A stretch of 64,000 nt of DNA from Opitutaceae bacterium (GTDB lineage Bacteria; Verrucomicrobiota; Verrucomicrobiia; Opitutales; Coraliomargaritaceae). The stretch lies in NCBI GenBank assembly GCA_051252375.1, contig JBPOFY010000010.1, positions 63,290-127,289 of the forward strand. Direction: 5' to 3'. A model generated the notes under the pieces. The model searched no databases, was not told where the DNA came from, and saw nothing but the letters and a program-made list of their open reading frames with translations. This document shows, one piece after another, positions 50,173-60,957 of this stretch; within the stretch, counting starts at the first letter, position 1; every line of letters begins with the position of its first letter. Made by a program: the position numbers and the translations under genes.

Positions 50173-51150
50173 TTAATCAGAAGGTAAGAAATGCATTTGA
50201 CGCATCCAAGTGATAAAATCATCCGACCACCGTTTCGAGTCCTTGCCTGCGTGCCCTAAACCAAAGCCATGACCACCCTCTTCATATAGCTTCAGTTCTG
50301 ACGACACGCCCTGCGCCTGTAAAGCTTCATACATCAAGACGCTGTTCTGGTATTTCACAACCTTATCGTCCTTGGCATGTGCGAAGAAAGTCGGCGGAGT
50401 TTGCTCAGTCACATTCAACTCGCAGGACATTTCCGGCAATTGCGCGGCTTTGAGTTTAGGATCTATCGGAGCCCATGCGCAGCCATGCGCGATTCCTTTC
50501 TGTGTTGTGATCACTGGATAAACTAAGCACAGGAAATCCGGTCGGTCACTCACTGCGGAGATCGCATCTGTGCCGAATTCGTATCGGTCAAACAATGTGC
50601 CCGCAGTTGCAGTCAAATGACCGCCAGCGGAGAACCCCATCAGACCGATTTTCTGCTGATCCACGCCAAAGTCATGCGCATGCGACCGCACCCACTGAAC
50701 TGCACGTAGCGCATCCGACATTGGAATCGGATGCATGAAATCCGCGCCCTTTGTGGTCGGGAGTCGGTATTTTAATACGTAAGCCGTGATGCCGACTTTG
50801 TTTAAGCGTTCAGCCACTGCGTAGCCTTCATGCTCAATCGCAATGATTCTATATCCTCCACCAGGACAAATCACCACTGCCGTCCCATTTGGTTTTTCCG
50901 GGCGAAAAATCGTCAGGCTTGGATTATGAATATTTGAAAGCCGAACCACTTCCCGTCGAGTTGCCTCTTCTGGTATAGTTGAATCAACCTTCGCAGTGCC
51001 CTCCGGCCAGATCGACACGACAGATCGATTCTCAGACAAACCGACATCCTCAGCCTGGACGACGCCCATACATCCCACGCTTACGATCCACAGAACCCAA
51101 GCGCATCTCCAAAAACTGGAAGGCTGCTTTTCTATTTTGCACTTATACAT
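50173..51150 (-). CDS. Alpha/beta hydrolase (carbohydrate esterase-like)
   Basis: ICPGGGY, GFSAGGH nucleophile elbow, DDKVV, GGHGFG. Start uncertain (51150 or 51186). Confidence 0.9.
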   Translation of the reverse strand: MYKCKIEKQPSSFWRCAWVLWIVSVGCMGVVQAEDVGLSENRSVVSIWPEGTAKVDSTIPEEATRREVVRLSNIHNPSLTIFRPEKPNGTAVVICPGGGYRIIAIEHEGYAVAERLNKVGITAYVLKYRLPTTKGADFMHPIPMSDALRAVQWVRSHAHDFGVDQQKIGLMGFSAGGHLTATAGTLFDRYEFGTDAISAVSDRPDFLCLVYPVITTQKGIAHGCAWAPIDPKLKAAQLPEMSCELNVTEQTPPTFFAHAKDDKVVKYQNSVLMYEALQAQGVSSELKLYEEGGHGFGLGHAGKDSKRWSDDFITWMRQMHFLPSD

Positions 51151-51206
51151 AAATATTGGATCAATCGATAGACCTTGGAGTTCCACTTCAAGTAAAAGTA
51201 TACACC

Positions 51207-52583
51207 CTACTTATATTGAACCACTATTACCGTCGCGATAGCATCGGGAGCTTTCCCAGGAAGCGTGATCACCCATTCATTTCCAACTAATTTTCTCGGC
51301 AATGACTTTTGCACTGGGTCTGCCATCAAATATACATGAGACACAAAACGATCGGATTTTGGTATCGTCAGCTTTCCATCTTCTGGCCAGTCGAAGACGT
51401 GAGCATATAGTCGGTCAGCTTTGCGAGTGTATCGACCCCAATCAGGTTTACCGAAAGGACTCGCGTCAGTTCCATAAATGGCGTCGCCATTCACATCCAT
51501 CCACTTGCCAATAGCTTGCATGCGCTCGATGCTCTGTGGAGGAATTGACCCATCTGCCATCGGTCCAATATTGAGGAGGTAATTGCCTCCTTTTGACACC
51601 ACATCGATGAGGTTGCGAATCAACAGCTCAGAAGACTTCCACTTGTTATCAAATTTACTGTAACCCCATGACTTATTCATCGTCATGCAGGTTTCCCAGT
51701 CAACGCCCTCCACGCCTGTATCCGGTATACTCTGTTCAGGCGTAGTAAAGTCACCGATCTCAAGATTCCACTCTTTAAGCAGATTTGAATCCGCACCAAC
51801 AAAAGAATGCTTCGATGCGTAGAGTCGATTATTCATGATCACGTTCGGCTGATGCTTACGAACCATCGAGATCAACTCTTTCGCGCGCCAGCTTTCGCCT
51901 TGGCAATTCGGCTTACTAAAGTCCCACCAAAGGATATCGATGTCACCATAACCAGTTACAATCTCTTCCACTTGTTTGTGCAGGTAATCGACGTAAATAG
52001 AGTTGTCGCGGCCTTGGTTCGTGGCTCCTTTAACCGTCGGCAAACCAAAGCCCGCATAGGCGTGTGGGTGATGCCAATCGATGACCGAGTGATAGGCACC
52101 AAACTTCAGCCCCTCAGCTTTAGTCGCATCCACGACTTCTTTCAGCAGATCACGACCACACGCGTCTTTTGCATCAAAAGTTGTCACCGCACTATCATGC
52201 ATAGCGAATCCTTCATGGTGCTTGGTTGTGAAGACGACATACTTACACCCAGCCATACTTGCAGCCTTAGCCCATTCCTGGGCAAAGCCTTCTTTGGGCT
52301 TAAACTTCGGATACAATCTCTTTTCATACACATCCGCAGGTATTCCAGCCTGCTTCTGTATCCATTCTTTGCCGTGCCCTTTGGTGCCCTTACCGTTCCA
52401 CTCACCTGCGGGTATACTGTAAAGGCCCCAGTGGACGAACATACCAAAACGGGCTTCACGCCACCAATCCATACGGGCATCACGCTGTTCGGGTGTCTCG
52501 GCTTCAGGTTGAGTTGCAGTCTCAGCAAATGAGTGGCTCACCAAAGCTATAGCTAAAGAAGTGACTAGCAGTTTTGTATTCAT
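51207..52583 (-). CDS. GH29 alpha-L-fucosidase
   Basis: WWREARFGMFVHWG, TKHHEGF, LWWDF, WETCMTMNKSWGY, GGNYLLNIGP; start at MNTK (52583) gives a signal peptide. Confidence 0.96.
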   Translation of the reverse strand: MNTKLLVTSLAIALVSHSFAETATQPEAETPEQRDARMDWWREARFGMFVHWGLYSIPAGEWNGKGTKGHGKEWIQKQAGIPADVYEKRLYPKFKPKEGFAQEWAKAASMAGCKYVVFTTKHHEGFAMHDSAVTTFDAKDACGRDLLKEVVDATKAEGLKFGAYHSVIDWHHPHAYAGFGLPTVKGATNQGRDNSIYVDYLHKQVEEIVTGYGDIDILWWDFSKPNCQGESWRAKELISMVRKHQPNVIMNNRLYASKHSFVGADSNLLKEWNLEIGDFTTPEQSIPDTGVEGVDWETCMTMNKSWGYSKFDNKWKSSELLIRNLIDVVSKGGNYLLNIGPMADGSIPPQSIERMQAIGKWMDVNGDAIYGTDASPFGKPDWGRYTRKADRLYAHVFDWPEDGKLTIPKSDRFVSHVYLMADPVQKSLPRKLVGNEWVITLPGKAPDAIATVIVVQYK

Positions 52584-52695
52584 AGAGGCAGCAATGTTTT
52601 CATTAAGCGAAATTATATCAGATTTTTGCAATTCCAACTATCACGTATATGCACACCTAATAAACATGCTCACCGCTCCAAATAGCGAGCGAGTC

Positions 52696-54009
52696 CTATG
52701 CAATTAACTCTGGGATAACACCCGTGCTATGGCTGAAGCGGTTCACTTTGACTCCAGCTTCCTGCATCAGCGTGAGCCAGTAGTTCGCCAATGGAGTATC
52801 CTCTTTCGGTAGCGCAATGTGACTGCCGTGTTTGATATTTTTTGCGCCACCGCCTGTCAAAAGTGCGGGCACGTTCTTAAGCTCATGACCCGAACGTAGA
52901 TTCGAACCGTAACTGACGATACAGTTATCGTAGAGCCGGCTGCCGTCGACGTCCTTAGCCTCCTTTAAACGGTCGATAAAGTGCGCAAAGAGTTCCATAC
53001 ACTTTTGGTCGCGTGACTCGGATGCCTTTCGGCGATCGGCGGAAAATCCGTAGTGGCTCAGTGAGTGCGCTTTCAGCGCGACTTCCATGCCGACTAGAAC
53101 CGAGCAAACGGGCTGACGGTATGAGATGACACGTGTGGAATCGGTCTGCAGCGCAATGATCATCATGTCATACATCAACTTGATCTCATCCTCGCCGAGT
53201 AAGTTGGCACCAGGCTCACCGTAAGGCGCATCCGGCTTAGCGATGTTCGACCATTTGGCCTGACGCTGCAGATCCTGCTCGATCTGGCGCAGACCTTGGA
53301 AATACTCGTCGAGCTTTTCGCGGTCGTTGCCACTGAGCGTGCGCTTCATTCCGCTGGCATTCACGTTAACAATATCGAGAATGCTTTGTCTTTTTGAAAG
53401 GCGATACTCCAGCTCTTCCTTAGAGTCATCACCAGTGGCAAATATCTGATGATAGAACTCCATTGGCTTAATTAGACCGGGCACGGGGTTCCCCGAAGCA
53501 TCCCATGAGAGCGATAGCCCATCGCCGTGACCAGAGTTTTGGAGACCGTCTGACTCTTTTGCAGAAAGCACGAGCGAGGAAAAGCGCGTCTCCCGACCAA
53601 GCTGCTGAGCTGCTAATTGGTCACAGGAAATGGTGTTATAGAAACGTCGTCCAGGAGTGCCACGGACATCAGCACCGGTCAGGTAAGACGTGCTACCGCC
53701 GTGCGGATTGGACGCACCATGATTCGTCATATTAGAAACCATGGTGAAATCATCCATATGGCGCTTCAAAGGCAAGAGCCCCTGAGTCAGCCCGATATCG
53801 GCGAAGCGCCCAGCAGTTGCCGGGAAGAAAGTTTGCTTGGTAAAGCCGAAGCCGCCACCGAGAAAAATCATACGCTTGGGTGCGGCACCGGCAGCGCTAA
53901 CCGCTTGTGCCGATGCGAAACTCTCGAGGAAAGGTATACTGAGAATAAGACCACTGCCTGCTCGGAGAAAGGAACGACGTGACATCGAATTAGTAAAATA
54001 CTGGCTCAT
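52696..54009 (-). CDS. DUF1552 domain protein, Tat signal
   Basis: SRRSFLRAG...IPFLES, ISCDQLAA, DREKLDEYF, ALQTDSTRV, HSLSHY. Confidence 0.92.
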   Translation of the reverse strand: MSQYFTNSMSRRSFLRAGSGLILSIPFLESFASAQAVSAAGAAPKRMIFLGGGFGFTKQTFFPATAGRFADIGLTQGLLPLKRHMDDFTMVSNMTNHGASNPHGGSTSYLTGADVRGTPGRRFYNTISCDQLAAQQLGRETRFSSLVLSAKESDGLQNSGHGDGLSLSWDASGNPVPGLIKPMEFYHQIFATGDDSKEELEYRLSKRQSILDIVNVNASGMKRTLSGNDREKLDEYFQGLRQIEQDLQRQAKWSNIAKPDAPYGEPGANLLGEDEIKLMYDMMIIALQTDSTRVISYRQPVCSVLVGMEVALKAHSLSHYGFSADRRKASESRDQKCMELFAHFIDRLKEAKDVDGSRLYDNCIVSYGSNLRSGHELKNVPALLTGGGAKNIKHGSHIALPKEDTPLANYWLTLMQEAGVKVNRFSHSTGVIPELIA

Positions 54010-54018
54010 AGTCTTTGT

Positions 54019-56757
54019 TTATTTGGAGATGAACAGATGGCTGGATACGATCTTATAGATCATGTTCTGCAGGGCGTAGCCATCATACTGGCATTTGTTA
54101 ACTAGATCAAGTATGGCATCAGTATCTGAGAACTCGATCGTGCGACCAATACCGTAAGATACGAGCGATTCGACAAACTCTTTAGCTAATTTGTGCTCCT
54201 GCGTTTTAAGCAGACGCTTCAGTTCCTCGATATCGCGATATGCGATACCGCTGACCAACTTACCGCCCCGTTCGATCGGCTCATTAAACTTTCCGACTTT
54301 TTCATGAGTGCGATACATTCCGATAGCATCGTAATTTTCCATACCGAAACCAATCGGGTCGATACGACTGTGGCAGGAGGCGCAGACTGTTTGCGTCTGG
54401 TGCATCTCAACCATCTTGCGATTCGGCAGTGGCGAATCGATGTTAGATCCGAGCTCGGGGACGTTGGGTGGCGGCGGTGCCGGCGGGTCATTGAGAATTT
54501 TATCGAGCACCATAGTGCCGCGGATCACTGGCGAGGAACGCTCGCCGTTCGACCCCATCGTCAGGAAGGCCGCTTGTGTGATAAAGCCGCCACGATTGGA
54601 ATTACCCGAAATCGGCACCTTTTGGAATTCGTCTGTTTTAACGCCTTGGATTCCGTAGTAGTTCGCAAGGTGCGAGTTGATCACAACGAAATTGGAATCG
54701 ATAAGATTGTCCACCGGCATGTTTTCTTTAACCAAGACTTTAAAGAACTCGATCACTTCACGAGACGCAGAGGCACGCACGCCTTCGTTGTATTGGTAGT
54801 ATGTATTCGGATCGACTGAGATAGCATGGAAGCGATCGAGCTCGGCCCACTGCCCCATAAAGCCTTCGTAGAATGCATCCGCTTTACGGTCGTTAAGCAT
54901 TCGAGTTACTTGATGCTTCAATTCGCTGCCATCAAACAGCGCGCCATTCGCTGCGAAGCGATACAGTTCATCATCGGGCGGGCTACTCCATAGAAAGAAA
55001 GCTAAACGGACTGCAAGCTCTCTTGGACTGAGCCGTCGGTTTTCAGAAGGTGACTCTTCGATATAAAGAAATCCCGGTGAGGCCAGAATAACGCCTAAGG
55101 TTTGGCTCATCGCCTTCTTGTAGTCTTTCTCTTCGCGTAAAGTTTGCTCAAAGAAGGCGTGTAACTTATCGACATATTCCGGCTCTGGCTGTTTGTGACG
55201 GAATGCATTGAAGGCAAATTTTTCAATCAGATCACGAGCCTTTTCAGGTCGTCCTAGATCTTCTCCTGACTTACTGATGAGTTTTCCAAAAAAATTATCT
55301 TTGTGGGCGTAATACGGACCTTCCACTTCTACCCAATCCAGCCAAATGGCGGGGTTCTTGGTATTGTCACCAATCTGTTTAAGGTAGGTATTGAATCGGT
55401 TATTAATCCCTTTGTAGGGCGAGCATTCCATAATCGTCACTCCGTTGCGGCTACCGTTATCACCAAACAGCGTTGGTGTGCTGAGTATTTCAACATATTC
55501 AGGTCGGCTAACAGACCCGTTCACTCTAAACGCACCAAGCGGAGCATCGTCGGAAGCGTAGATAAAGTGCCTAGCGGGATGCGTGCCTTCAAGCGCACCG
55601 GCATTGAATCTCAAACGGTAAGTTCCTCGGGGATCTGCCCGATTAATCGGAATCGTGTAGGTATCCGTCGAGCGGTTGTTATTATAAAGATATAATCCGG
55701 TCTCCGCGCGCGGCAGCGACAAATAGAGCTTGGGGCCAGCACTACGACCTTCAAAGCGCTGCACGAAAGTTTTCAAGTCCACCTCTTCTTTAAAGTCTAA
55801 CTCCTTCCATGTCTTGCCCGCTTTAATTTTAGCCATGGTGGATTGTAATTCATCCAACCCCTTTTTCATTTGCTTGGCTTCTCGATCACCTAATTCCAAC
55901 TTTGTGGCTTGGGGCTTTTGCAATGCCCTGGCCGACCAGTTCAATCCCTCACTAGCAACACGGCTGCCGAGTTCCAAGTAACGATCAAAGCGAACCGAAC
56001 TGAAATACTGATCACTACCTACCGTATCGAAGTTGCCCGAATCAGCGTCCTCGGGAATCGCGTCCTCGGAGATATTGATACCGAACAGATCACGAATGGA
56101 ATTAACATATTCGCGACGATTCAAATGACGCATGGTGATCACACCACCATTATCAGTGAGACGCATTCTGGCCGTCACGAGTGTCTTGGTCAAAGAGTTA
56201 AGGACCGCCAACAGCTCTTCTTTTTCGGGGCGCGGTTCTTCCTCCGGAGGCATCTCGTCGGCGTTCAGCACATCAAGAATGTCCTGCCAGTGCTGCGCTT
56301 GGTCATTATTGGTGATGGTCCAATCAATTGTATCAAAGCGAAGTTGCCCTTTCTGCTTATCCGGTCCGTGACAGCTGATGCAGTTACTTTCCAAAAAAGG
56401 CTGCATGTGAGTCGGATCGACATCCGTCGGCTGTGCAGTGGCCATCTCCACATGCGTCTCGTCCTCGGTCTCGGCAACCATGGCATCTAAGTCTGGCTCC
56501 GGCTCAGTGGAGATCGGCTTAGGAGCCATCACTTTAGGTGCAGGCACTGGGTCCGGCTCAGGAGTTGCGATAGCAATCGAATCCTCAACAACAGGCTCCA
56601 ACTCTTCTACATCTGGCTGTGACTGCTTTACATACTGCTCATAGAGTGCGTCTAGTTTTTCGGGATGCTCGATGGCAACATAAGCAACCCCTGCTGCAGC
56701 AACGAACATTACAGTAACAAGAATCGCAATAAGTGAGTGCTTGCGGGCATGGGACAT
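54019..56757 (-). CDS. DUF1592/1588/1587/1585-type planctomycete cytochrome c protein, membrane anchored
   Basis: N-terminal TM and Pro/Glu-rich linker; CISCHG and CASCHS heme motifs; RHLNRREYVNSIRDLFG, ELAVRLAFFLWSSPPD, SSPVIRG, IDPIGFGMENYD. Confidence 0.92.
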   Translation of the reverse strand: MSHARKHSLIAILVTVMFVAAAGVAYVAIEHPEKLDALYEQYVKQSQPDVEELEPVVEDSIAIATPEPDPVPAPKVMAPKPISTEPEPDLDAMVAETEDETHVEMATAQPTDVDPTHMQPFLESNCISCHGPDKQKGQLRFDTIDWTITNNDQAQHWQDILDVLNADEMPPEEEPRPEKEELLAVLNSLTKTLVTARMRLTDNGGVITMRHLNRREYVNSIRDLFGINISEDAIPEDADSGNFDTVGSDQYFSSVRFDRYLELGSRVASEGLNWSARALQKPQATKLELGDREAKQMKKGLDELQSTMAKIKAGKTWKELDFKEEVDLKTFVQRFEGRSAGPKLYLSLPRAETGLYLYNNNRSTDTYTIPINRADPRGTYRLRFNAGALEGTHPARHFIYASDDAPLGAFRVNGSVSRPEYVEILSTPTLFGDNGSRNGVTIMECSPYKGINNRFNTYLKQIGDNTKNPAIWLDWVEVEGPYYAHKDNFFGKLISKSGEDLGRPEKARDLIEKFAFNAFRHKQPEPEYVDKLHAFFEQTLREEKDYKKAMSQTLGVILASPGFLYIEESPSENRRLSPRELAVRLAFFLWSSPPDDELYRFAANGALFDGSELKHQVTRMLNDRKADAFYEGFMGQWAELDRFHAISVDPNTYYQYNEGVRASASREVIEFFKVLVKENMPVDNLIDSNFVVINSHLANYYGIQGVKTDEFQKVPISGNSNRGGFITQAAFLTMGSNGERSSPVIRGTMVLDKILNDPPAPPPPNVPELGSNIDSPLPNRKMVEMHQTQTVCASCHSRIDPIGFGMENYDAIGMYRTHEKVGKFNEPIERGGKLVSGIAYRDIEELKRLLKTQEHKLAKEFVESLVSYGIGRTIEFSDTDAILDLVNKCQYDGYALQNMIYKIVSSHLFISK

Positions 56758-56809
56758 CGGTAAAAGCTTTTAGAGGTAGGTAGGAATTAAATTCAACTGA
56801 ATGACATCT

Positions 56810-56834
56810 ACTTTGATCACAAAGTAAACAAAGT
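56810..56834. promoter_or_regulatory. Putative ROK operator upstream of the DUF1592 gene
   Basis: ACTTTGATCACAAAGTAAACAAAGT: ACTTTG-N13-CAAAGT dyad. Its reverse complement shares CTTTGTTTACTT with the 38257 site. Confidence 0.65.
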
Positions 56835-56942
56835 GTGGCAAGTAGCGAATCTGATATAGATACTGTTACTCAATATTTACCACCAATCACGAGGAATGCA
56901 TTCAGAAAGGAGCGAGTGAAAGATCAAACGCAACCGGTTTCA

Positions 56943-59354
56943 TTACTTCCCCATCAAAAGGTCTTTCAGCTCATAACTTCCGTTCGCTTCGGTTTTCAAA
57001 TCGATTGATTTTTCACCATAGCGGACTGTGCAAGAATTGCCATTCTTCGAACGTAGTGTCGCAACTGTGAGCACTCCCTTCTCCCATGCCATATCCACTT
57101 CAAACCCGCCGCGTGCACAGAGCCCTTTAACCGAACCGTTGGCCCATGCTTTTGGCAGCGCAGGCAACAAGTCGATCGAACCTGCGTGTGACTGAACGAG
57201 CGACTCGGCCATGCCTGCAGCACCACCAAAGTTACCATCGATCTGGAACGGAGGGTGCTTGTCGAACAAGTTATTGAAGGTCGATTTCTTTAAAAGTAAC
57301 ACCACATTCTGATGCATCTTTTCGGCGTCGTTGAAGCGTGCCCAGAAGTTAATGATCCATGCTCGGCTCCAGCCTGTGTGCCCTCCACCAGAAGCAAGTC
57401 GTTTGTCGATCGACTTACGCATCGCGGTCATAAACTCAGGAGTTTTCGAATGGTTATACTGACGCCCCGGATACAAGCCGTAGAGATGCGAAATGTGGCG
57501 GTGGCCTGGATCCTTCTCCTTAAACTCCTCGGTCCACTCCATGAGTCGTCCATCCGATCCAATCTGCGGCAAAGCCAATTGCTTAAGCGTGCGCGCGACC
57601 TCACGAGTGAAATCATCTTCAACACCAAGTATTGCTGCCGCTTCAAGTGTGTTCGTGAAAATTTCCCAGATGATCTGTTGATCCATGGAAGGACCCATGG
57701 TCAAGTTGCTCCACTGATCCGTCCCGGGAATGGCAAATCGATTTTCCGGAGAAGTGCTGGGACCTGAAACCAATTTACCAGTTTTAGGGTCTTCCACTAA
57801 CCAATCCAAAAAGAACAAGGAACCTTCTTTAAGGATGGGATAAGCTCTGTCCTCCAGAAACTCCTTATCTTCGGTAAAGCGGTAGTGTTGCATGAAGTGC
57901 CGCGTGCACCAAGCACCACCAACAACCCATTGACCATATTGGACCATACCAAATGGCACTGTTCCATGCCAGGCATCGGATGTATGCCCAGCCAAGAAGC
58001 CACGATGTCCATACAACTCACGAGCGGTTCGTTGACCGGATGGAACCAAGCGCTCGATATAATCCATAAATGGAAGATGGCATTCGGAAAGGTTGGTCAC
58101 TTCCGCCAACCAGTAGTTCATCTGCATGTTGATATTGATATGATAATCCGAATTCCACGGAGCCGCCATATCCTTACACCAAATACCCTGCAGATTGGCT
58201 GGCATCGATCCGGCTCTAGATGAAGCAATCAACAGATAGCGACCGAATTGAAAATACAGCGCCTCAAAGTCGGGATCGATGACAGTATTCTTTCCATTCT
58301 TATACCCATTTAGTCGTGCAAGCGTATCTTTCTGGGAAGGCTTACCTAGTTTAAGCGAGACTCGGCGAAACAACTCCTGATGCGAAGCAATCGAAGCGTC
58401 TTTCAGCTGTGAATATTGCTGCTTCACCGCAGCAGATTCAACCTGCAGACAGGTCGCATCGAGATCATGTGTAAATGGATTGGCGGTATCCTCTCGATTG
58501 TAATCTGTCGCAGCGGTTACATAAATCACCGCAGAATCTGCATTCTTCACAACGATCAAACCGTTCTCAATTTTGGTGCTACCATTCTGAGCGACTACTT
58601 TGTAGCGACTGGTGAACTTAACACCCAAATGTTTCTCACCTTGAGATGCCCGACCGACGGCAACGAGTGTATCATTCCCAGAAGGAGATATCCAGAATTT
58701 ACCTTCTCGTCTCACCTGCATATTAAATGACAATGCACCCGGCTTATCAGCGGCAATGCGCACAACAATAACATCATCCACCGGACTGACGAGCACTTCA
58801 CGCACATAGTTAACACCGTCGTATTTGTAACGTGTGGTTGCCACAGCGGTATCAAGATTTAGATCACGTCGATAATCCGTCGCCTTTTCCTTGTGTCCGA
58901 AATCGAGTAGCATCTCAGACAATGGTTGATAGCTGCGAGGACTGATACGTCCTGCCAAAATGGACTGCTGCAAGGCCTGACCTTCTGCATATTTACCAGC
59001 AAAGAGAAGCTCACGCACTTCATCAATCGTCTCACTCACATTTTCTTTAACCTCAGGAATCGGCGGTCCCGCCCAAATCGTGTCCTCATTAAAAGTAATG
59101 CGCTCTTGAGCGACACCACCATACACCATGGCTCCCAGTCGCCCATTACCAAGCGGCATGGCATCTTCCCAAATAACTGCTGGTCGTTTATACCATAGCG
59201 ATAGCGACTCGTCAGGGGACTGCTGCAGTGGCTCGATCTGTGCAGTCTCCTTGTAGTTAAAATTCGTTTTTCCTCCTTGCGCTCCTTGCGCCGGCAGCGC
59301 AGAAAAACTGACAGCTAATAAAATGGTTACAGTGGGTTGTTTAAAAATGTTCAT
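56943..59354 (-). CDS. GH95 alpha-L-fucosidase/alpha-L-galactosidase
   Basis: [61 protein letters not shown]; start at MNIFK (59354) gives a signal peptide. Confidence 0.96.
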   Translation of the reverse strand: MNIFKQPTVTILLAVSFSALPAQGAQGGKTNFNYKETAQIEPLQQSPDESLSLWYKRPAVIWEDAMPLGNGRLGAMVYGGVAQERITFNEDTIWAGPPIPEVKENVSETIDEVRELLFAGKYAEGQALQQSILAGRISPRSYQPLSEMLLDFGHKEKATDYRRDLNLDTAVATTRYKYDGVNYVREVLVSPVDDVIVVRIAADKPGALSFNMQVRREGKFWISPSGNDTLVAVGRASQGEKHLGVKFTSRYKVVAQNGSTKIENGLIVVKNADSAVIYVTAATDYNREDTANPFTHDLDATCLQVESAAVKQQYSQLKDASIASHQELFRRVSLKLGKPSQKDTLARLNGYKNGKNTVIDPDFEALYFQFGRYLLIASSRAGSMPANLQGIWCKDMAAPWNSDYHININMQMNYWLAEVTNLSECHLPFMDYIERLVPSGQRTARELYGHRGFLAGHTSDAWHGTVPFGMVQYGQWVVGGAWCTRHFMQHYRFTEDKEFLEDRAYPILKEGSLFFLDWLVEDPKTGKLVSGPSTSPENRFAIPGTDQWSNLTMGPSMDQQIIWEIFTNTLEAAAILGVEDDFTREVARTLKQLALPQIGSDGRLMEWTEEFKEKDPGHRHISHLYGLYPGRQYNHSKTPEFMTAMRKSIDKRLASGGGHTGWSRAWIINFWARFNDAEKMHQNVVLLLKKSTFNNLFDKHPPFQIDGNFGGAAGMAESLVQSHAGSIDLLPALPKAWANGSVKGLCARGGFEVDMAWEKGVLTVATLRSKNGNSCTVRYGEKSIDLKTEANGSYELKDLLMGK

Positions 59355-59394
59355 ATTATTTCTGGTAAAGGTATGTTCAATAAATGTGTGCTCG

Positions 59395-60957
59395 TTAATC
59401 TTTTTGCACAAGGTCAGGACGTTCAGAATCCAATTCACTAAGTAAGATCTTCTTTAGATACGCCACTTTTTCAGGATACTTTGCGCTCAACTCATGACGC
59501 TCTTCGTTGTCATCAATGACATTATACAGCTGATAGTGATCCTTAGTGCGCTCCACTTCGACGAGCTTCCAACCTTCACGCGTGATCACAGTTGTGCGGG
59601 CCATTTTATTGAAACCATTGTTGATGATCACGTAATCATGATCTGACTCTTGTGACTCACCCAGCAATGTCGGCAGATAAGAAATACTATCCTTACCATC
59701 CGGTGCATTCACACCAACAAGATCGGCTAAGGTATCCAAGAAGTCATAGTGAGTGCTCATATGCTCCGTCTCTGTTCCGGGTTGAACCTTACCTGGCCAG
59801 CGAACGATCATGGGGCATTGCACACCACCCTGATACGGAGCTCGCTTAATTCCAGCACGCCCCCCTGCTCCATCAAAAACATCGCCACACTCGGATGTGC
59901 GCCACTTATTGTCAGTCAGGTTTTTATTGGTATTATTAGGGCCTTTCTTAGGGAAAGTGAATTTCGGTCCATAATAAAGCTCATGCCCATTATCAGAGGT
60001 AAACAACACGATCGTATTTTCATCGATTCCCTGCGTCTTCAGCTCCTGCATGATTAAGCCGACGTGATCATCTAGCATCTTCACCATCGATGCATATTTT
60101 TTCTCTGCTAAAGATAGATCCGGATTATTCGCAAAATCAGGGTGCAGCTCCGGTATCGCAACGGGACCATGCGGCAGTTGAGTGGGATGATACAAAAAGA
60201 ATGGCTCGTCCTTATTCTCTCGTATGTAATTGAGAATCCCCTCAATAAAAATATTCTGCGAATAGGTTTTACCGCCAGCACCTACGGGTTCGTTGCCCTT
60301 CTCTGACATTTTGCCACAATACGGATCGGTATTCCCCTCTAAGAAAAACTTCTCTCCATTACGCCAGAGGTAAGGCGGGTAGAAACCATGACAACGCGAG
60401 TGACTGTAATAGCCTTCGTAATAATCCCACCCGAAACGCTTGACTCGTTGATGGTTGGTCAAAAATCCGGAATCCAACTTTCCGAATTGTGCAGTTTTGT
60501 AACCTGCTTGCTGAGCAATTTGCGCAAGAAAGACTTCGTGATCAGGAATGGGCACGGAGGACTTTTTAACATATGCATTCAATCGCTCTGTGTATTCAGG
60601 TTCGGGAACTTTCTCCTTATCCATACTGATTAACAAGCCAGATCCATTCTGTCCCCAACCTCCCTTTCGACCATCATGCATCCCAGTCAATAAAGTCCAA
60701 CGCGCAGGGGCACAAAGCGTGCTGCCGTAGTAGTTATTAAACTTCATTCCTTCGGCAGCCAGTCGATCAATATGAGGCGTCTTAATCAGCTGCTGACCGT
60801 AACACCCCAGTAAACCAATACCGAGATCGTCCGCGTAGATCATAATCACATTTGGTTTATCAACAGCTTCAGACTTGTCCGAACCATTGGCGACAGCACT
60901 CAAGCTAAGCAGGGCAGCCATAGCAGCCACTGAGATTTTCTTCAAAACATTCATCAT
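59395..60957 (-). CDS. Formylglycine-dependent (S1) sulfatase
   Basis: [29 protein letters not shown]; signal peptide; overlaps the GH2 stop by 4 nt. Confidence 0.95.
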   Translation of the reverse strand: MMNVLKKISVAAMAALLSLSAVANGSDKSEAVDKPNVIMIYADDLGIGLLGCYGQQLIKTPHIDRLAAEGMKFNNYYGSTLCAPARWTLLTGMHDGRKGGWGQNGSGLLISMDKEKVPEPEYTERLNAYVKKSSVPIPDHEVFLAQIAQQAGYKTAQFGKLDSGFLTNHQRVKRFGWDYYEGYYSHSRCHGFYPPYLWRNGEKFFLEGNTDPYCGKMSEKGNEPVGAGGKTYSQNIFIEGILNYIRENKDEPFFLYHPTQLPHGPVAIPELHPDFANNPDLSLAEKKYASMVKMLDDHVGLIMQELKTQGIDENTIVLFTSDNGHELYYGPKFTFPKKGPNNTNKNLTDNKWRTSECGDVFDGAGGRAGIKRAPYQGGVQCPMIVRWPGKVQPGTETEHMSTHYDFLDTLADLVGVNAPDGKDSISYLPTLLGESQESDHDYVIINNGFNKMARTTVITREGWKLVEVERTKDHYQLYNVIDDNEERHELSAKYPEKVAYLKKILLSELDSERPDLVQKD

